A DNA stretch of 41,688 nt, taken from NCBI GenBank assembly GCA_964473845.1, contig CAYYQO010000004.1, forward strand, positions 1-41,688, in the 5' to 3' direction. Shown piece by piece: positions 38,698-41,688 of the stretch. Under the pieces are notes generated by a model. The model saw only the letters and a list, made by a program, of their open reading frames with translations, ran no database searches and was not told where the DNA came from. Position numbers and translations under genes: made by a program. Positions within the stretch are counted from its first letter, which is position 1. The number at the start of each line of letters is the position of its first letter. This stretch comes from an uncultured Aeromicrobium sp. (GTDB taxonomy: Bacteria > Actinomycetota > Actinomycetes > Propionibacteriales > Nocardioidaceae).

Positions 38698-39999
38698 ATG
38701 GCACCGCGCCGCACCTTCCTCAACCTCGTCCTGTTCGGCCAGCCCGACCATTGGCATGACCGCCGCACGGCGCTGGGCGGCTCCGCCGCGGACACCTTCG
38801 CCCGTTACGTGCAGTACGTGCAGCAGGCCGAGCGCGCGAAGCTCGACGCCTACTTCAAGGCCGACTTCCTCGGCTTCGACGCCGCCCGCGTCGAGGGCGA
38901 TCCCAGCCTGCGCAACGAACCGCTCACGATCGTCGCGGCGCTCGCGCCCCTGACCGAGCGGATCGGCCTCGTGGTGACGCAGTCGACGACGTTCTTCGAG
39001 CCGTACAACGTGGCGCGGCAGATCGCCACGCTGCACAACCTCAGTGGTGGTCGGGCCGGCTGGAACGCGGTGACGTCGTTCAACGGCGAGACCAACTTCG
39101 GCCCCACGCAGTTCAGCACCCTGCCCGACCGGTACGAACGCGCGCACGAGTTCGTCGACGTGGTCCTCAAGCTCTGGAACGGCTGGGACGAGGACGCCCT
39201 GGACCTGAGGGCGGGGGAGAAGCCGACGCTCGATCCCGCCAAGGTGCGCACGACCGATCACGTCGGCCGGTTCTACTCCGTCGAACAGCCGCTGGACGTC
39301 TCGCGCCTCGTGGGTGATCAGCCCGTCGTGTTCCAGGCCGGCGCCTCCGAGGACGGCATCGCGTTCGCCGCCCGGTTCGGTGAGGCGGTGTTCGTCGCGA
39401 CCCCCGACCTCAAGCGGGCGCACGAGTACTACGACAGGCTCAAGTCGCTCGTCGTGCAGAACGGCCGCCACCGCGACTCGCTGCGCGTCCTGCCCGGCAT
39501 GCGCACGTACGTGGCCGACTCCGAGCGGGAGGCACAAGCGGTGTACCGCGAGATGTTCGAGCAGGAGGGCTATTACGCATCACGGCGTGAGTTCGTGAAG
39601 CGCGAGGCTCCACTGCTCGACCTCGACGGGCTTGACCTCGACGACGTGATCTCGCCCGAGCGCATCGCCCCGGTCGAGGAGTTCGCCGCCAACACCCAGC
39701 GCCGGGTGAGCCGCGGCCTGCTGCTGCGGGACCTGTTGACCGAGCTCGACGGTGTCACGGTGCGGCAGTTCCTGCAGAGGCTCCACGGACACGGGCATCT
39801 CGACGTGGTGGGTACGGCTGAGCAGGTCGCCGACACCCTGGCCGAGTGGTTCACGGTGCGCGCGGCGGACGGCTTCACCGTGCACGGCGGGAACTCGTTC
39901 GATCGCTTCACCGACGAAGTGGTCCCGGCGCTCGTCGACCGGGGCGTGTTCCGTAGCGAGTACGAGGGGACGACGCTGCGGGAGAACCTCGGCCTGTGA
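38698..39999 (+). CDS. LLM9: NtaA-family monooxygenase (close paralogue of LLM8)
   Basis: Same 433-aa length and motifs as LLM8. AAGGAG RBS. Confidence 0.92.
   Translation: MAPRRTFLNLVLFGQPDHWHDRRTALGGSAADTFARYVQYVQQAERAKLDAYFKADFLGFDAARVEGDPSLRNEPLTIVAALAPLTERIGLVVTQSTTFFEPYNVARQIATLHNLSGGRAGWNAVTSFNGETNFGPTQFSTLPDRYERAHEFVDVVLKLWNGWDEDALDLRAGEKPTLDPAKVRTTDHVGRFYSVEQPLDVSRLVGDQPVVFQAGASEDGIAFAARFGEAVFVATPDLKRAHEYYDRLKSLVVQNGRHRDSLRVLPGMRTYVADSEREAQAVYREMFEQEGYYASRREFVKREAPLLDLDGLDLDDVISPERIAPVEEFAANTQRRVSRGLLLRDLLTELDGVTVRQFLQRLHGHGHLDVVGTAEQVADTLAEWFTVRAADGFTVHGGNSFDRFTDEVVPALVDRGVFRSEYEGTTLRENLGL
38959..39116 (+). repeat. 158-bp perfect direct repeat, copy 2 (within LLM9)
   Basis: Identical to 35966-36123. 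Confidence 0.9.
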
Positions 40000-40018
40000 C
40001 AGCCGCCGTCCCGCGACC

Positions 40019-40816
40019 TCAGCGGGTCGGGAACCCACGGGCCGAGAGGTGCTCACGCAACTGGTGGCGACCGGCCAGCGCGGACCGGTCTGCCAGGCGT
40101 GCGAGCACGCGGGCGGTCCAGTCGCCCACCAGGCCGAACCGGCGGTTGTAGTCGGTCACCCGCTCGTCGTAGACCCTGATGTGCTCGTCGGCGATCGTGG
40201 CGTCGTAACGCTCGTGGTGCAACACCGCCTCGCGCGGCAATCGCGGCTTGATGTCGGCCTCCTCCTGCGGATCGGGGACGCCCACCGCGAGGCCGAACGC
40301 GGCGATCGTGTGGGGCGGCAGGTCCAGGACCTCCGCAAGCTCGATGGGGTGGTTGCGCACCGCGCCCACGAAGACGGTGCCGAGGCCCAGTGACTCGGCC
40401 GCGATCACCGCGTTCTGAGCGGCCAACGCGGCGTCGACGAAGCCCAGGATCGTCGATTCGAGGTAGTCGGCACCCGTGAGCGGCCGGGCGTGACGTTCCG
40501 CCAGCCGTCGTGCCCGCCCGAGGTCGGCGACCCACACCAGGAAGACCGGGGCCTGGTCGATGAACGCCTGGCTGTTCGCCAACTCGGCCAGGCGGGCCTT
40601 GCGGGCGGGGTCCCTGACCGCCACGACGCTCCAGGCCTGCAGGTTCGACGAGGTCGCGGCCGACTGGGCCGCGCTGACGATCGCCGCGAGCTGGTCGTCG
40701 TGGACGGGATCGGCCGTGAACTGCCGAACCGACCGGTGGCGGAGCTGGAGGTCGATGACATCGGTGGTCACGGCGAGCTGTGCCGAGGGGTCTGCGTAGC
40801 GTGCGGTCAGCGTCAT
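40019..40816 (-). CDS. NfrA/NfsA-type NADPH-dependent flavin reductase (nitroreductase family)
   Basis: HRSVRQF, AQSAATSSNLQAWSVV, DAALAAQN..AAESLGLG..GAVRN and IKPRLP motifs. Confidence 0.92.
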   Translation of the reverse strand: MTLTARYADPSAQLAVTTDVIDLQLRHRSVRQFTADPVHDDQLAAIVSAAQSAATSSNLQAWSVVAVRDPARKARLAELANSQAFIDQAPVFLVWVADLGRARRLAERHARPLTGADYLESTILGFVDAALAAQNAVIAAESLGLGTVFVGAVRNHPIELAEVLDLPPHTIAAFGLAVGVPDPQEEADIKPRLPREAVLHHERYDATIADEHIRVYDERVTDYNRRFGLVGDWTARVLARLADRSALAGRHQLREHLSARGFPTR

Positions 40817-40822
40817 GCGGCG

Positions 40823-40869
40823 AAGGTAGGACAGCGCGCACTGCCCGGCGTGTCATGTGACGTCACATG
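40823..40869 (-). promoter_or_regulatory. Island box plus leaderless promoter for the flavin reductase
   Basis: Perfect 16-bp palindrome CATGTGACGTCACATG (40854-40869). Minus-strand CGTCACA - 27 nt - TACCTT (40828-40823) - 6 nt - ATG. Confidence 0.82.
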
Positions 40870-40919
40870 CCTGTCCGGCGCGCCCGTTCGCCCGGCCGAC
40901 GATGTGCCACGATGGCCGG

Positions 40920-41687
40920 GTGACTTCTGCGTCCGACATCCCTGAACACCTGCCCGGCGGGTCCGGCGGCGTCTGGCGCGTCGGCCGCACGGTTCGGCGC
41001 CCGTCCGGCCCGTGGACCCCGGCCGTCCACGAACTGCTCACGTGGCTCGCCGACGAGGGCCTCGGGGGGATTCCCCATGTCTCCGGCCTGGACGAGGACG
41101 GCCGCGAGATCGTCTCGTACATCGAGGGCCGGGGCGTTCCCGTCGACGACGAGATCGTGCTCGACGACGTGCTGGTCGAGGCGGTCGCGTGGTTGCGGGA
41201 CTTCCACGACATCGTCGACGGCTTCCGGCCCGACGGCCCGCGGGTGTGGCGCCAGAGCGGTGGTGAAGCCGTCCAGCTGGCCGACGACGAGGTCATCTGT
41301 CACAACGACCCGGGGGCGTACAACTGGATCATCCAGAGCGGGCACTTCGTCGCGATGATCGACTGGGACCTCGCCGGTCCGGGAAAGCCGATCGACGACC
41401 TGGCCTTCCTGTGTTGGACGGCGATTCCGTTGTACCGCGAGATTCCGATCGACGACGTGGTGCGTCGACTGGACCTGGTCGTCGACACGTACGCCGAGTG
41501 GGGTCCGATGACGCTGCTCGACGCCGTCGTGGCGCGCATGACGACGGCGACCGAGCGGATCGCTGCCGGGATCGAGCGGGGTGACCCCGGCATGCTCAAC
41601 CTCGCGACGAAGGGCGAGCCCCAGCGCACGCGGGACCGGCTGGCGGCCTTCGAGGCGCGGTTGCCGGACATTCGCGCGGCTCTCTGA
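40920..41687 (+). CDS. Aminoglycoside-phosphotransferase-fold kinase
   Basis: VWRVGRTVRRP, ICHNDPGAYN and IDWD motifs. Probable leaderless GTG 40920 after CACGAT. Confidence 0.82.
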   Translation: MTSASDIPEHLPGGSGGVWRVGRTVRRPSGPWTPAVHELLTWLADEGLGGIPHVSGLDEDGREIVSYIEGRGVPVDDEIVLDDVLVEAVAWLRDFHDIVDGFRPDGPRVWRQSGGEAVQLADDEVICHNDPGAYNWIIQSGHFVAMIDWDLAGPGKPIDDLAFLCWTAIPLYREIPIDDVVRRLDLVVDTYAEWGPMTLLDAVVARMTTATERIAAGIERGDPGMLNLATKGEPQRTRDRLAAFEARLPDIRAAL

Positions 41688-41688
41688 C

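Noticed and set aside
9252..40816. Secondary-metabolite biosynthetic cluster
   Set aside because: No NRPS, PKS, terpene synthase or RiPP precursor/scaffold gene is present; the importer, MetXY and sulfur sparing favour nutrient scavenging.
10602..40869. TGTGA/TCACA boxes as CRP/GlxR sites
   Set aside because: Half-site spacings are 2 or 10 nt, or direct repeats. I did not find the N6 spacing required for CRP-family sites.
9200..40920. Island as an integrative mobile element
   Set aside because: No integrase, transposase, tRNA or flanking direct repeat was seen, and there is no obvious GC shift by eye.
40861..41687. Terminal kinase as a member of the box regulon or a true aminoglycoside resistance gene
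   Set aside because: There is no -10 at the 27-nt spacing on the plus strand, Cys/Met content is normal, and only generic APH-fold motifs are visible.

Overview
High-GC actinobacterial chromosomal window with two parts. (1) Positions 1-9.2 kb hold mostly ordinary genes: a FitAB/VapBC-type toxin-antitoxin pair, a yybP-ykoY (Mn2+) riboswitch ahead of a small His-rich membrane ORF and terC, a VOC-family gene remnant, yjdM/phnA, a TPP-riboswitch-controlled thiO-thiS-thiG-thiE operon, ynfA, ychJ, a YjbR-HhH fusion, DUF4287, an ATP-grasp protein and a YibE/F protein. (2) Positions ~9.25-40.9 kb form a ~31.6 kb putative organosulfur-scavenging island. It encodes 11 luciferase-like (NtaA/DszA/SnaA-type) flavin monooxygenase genes (9 full length, 2 degenerate partners), a DszC/SfnB-like acyl-CoA-dehydrogenase-fold monooxygenase, one NfrA-type flavin reductase, a Dpp/Opp-type ABC importer, MetX, a MetY-like enzyme, two aldo/keto reductases, an SDR, a 2-hydroxyacid dehydrogenase, an ATP-grasp ligase, an MFS transporter and an OmpR-type winged-helix regulator lacking a receiver domain. 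Two sequence signals tie the island together. Most island proteins are almost free of Cys and Met (sulfur sparing), and nearly every transcription unit carries a CGTCACA-like heptamer 27 bp upstream of a -10 hexamer, pointing to an activator regulon I do not recognise. All family calls were made by eye from motifs; no searches were run.
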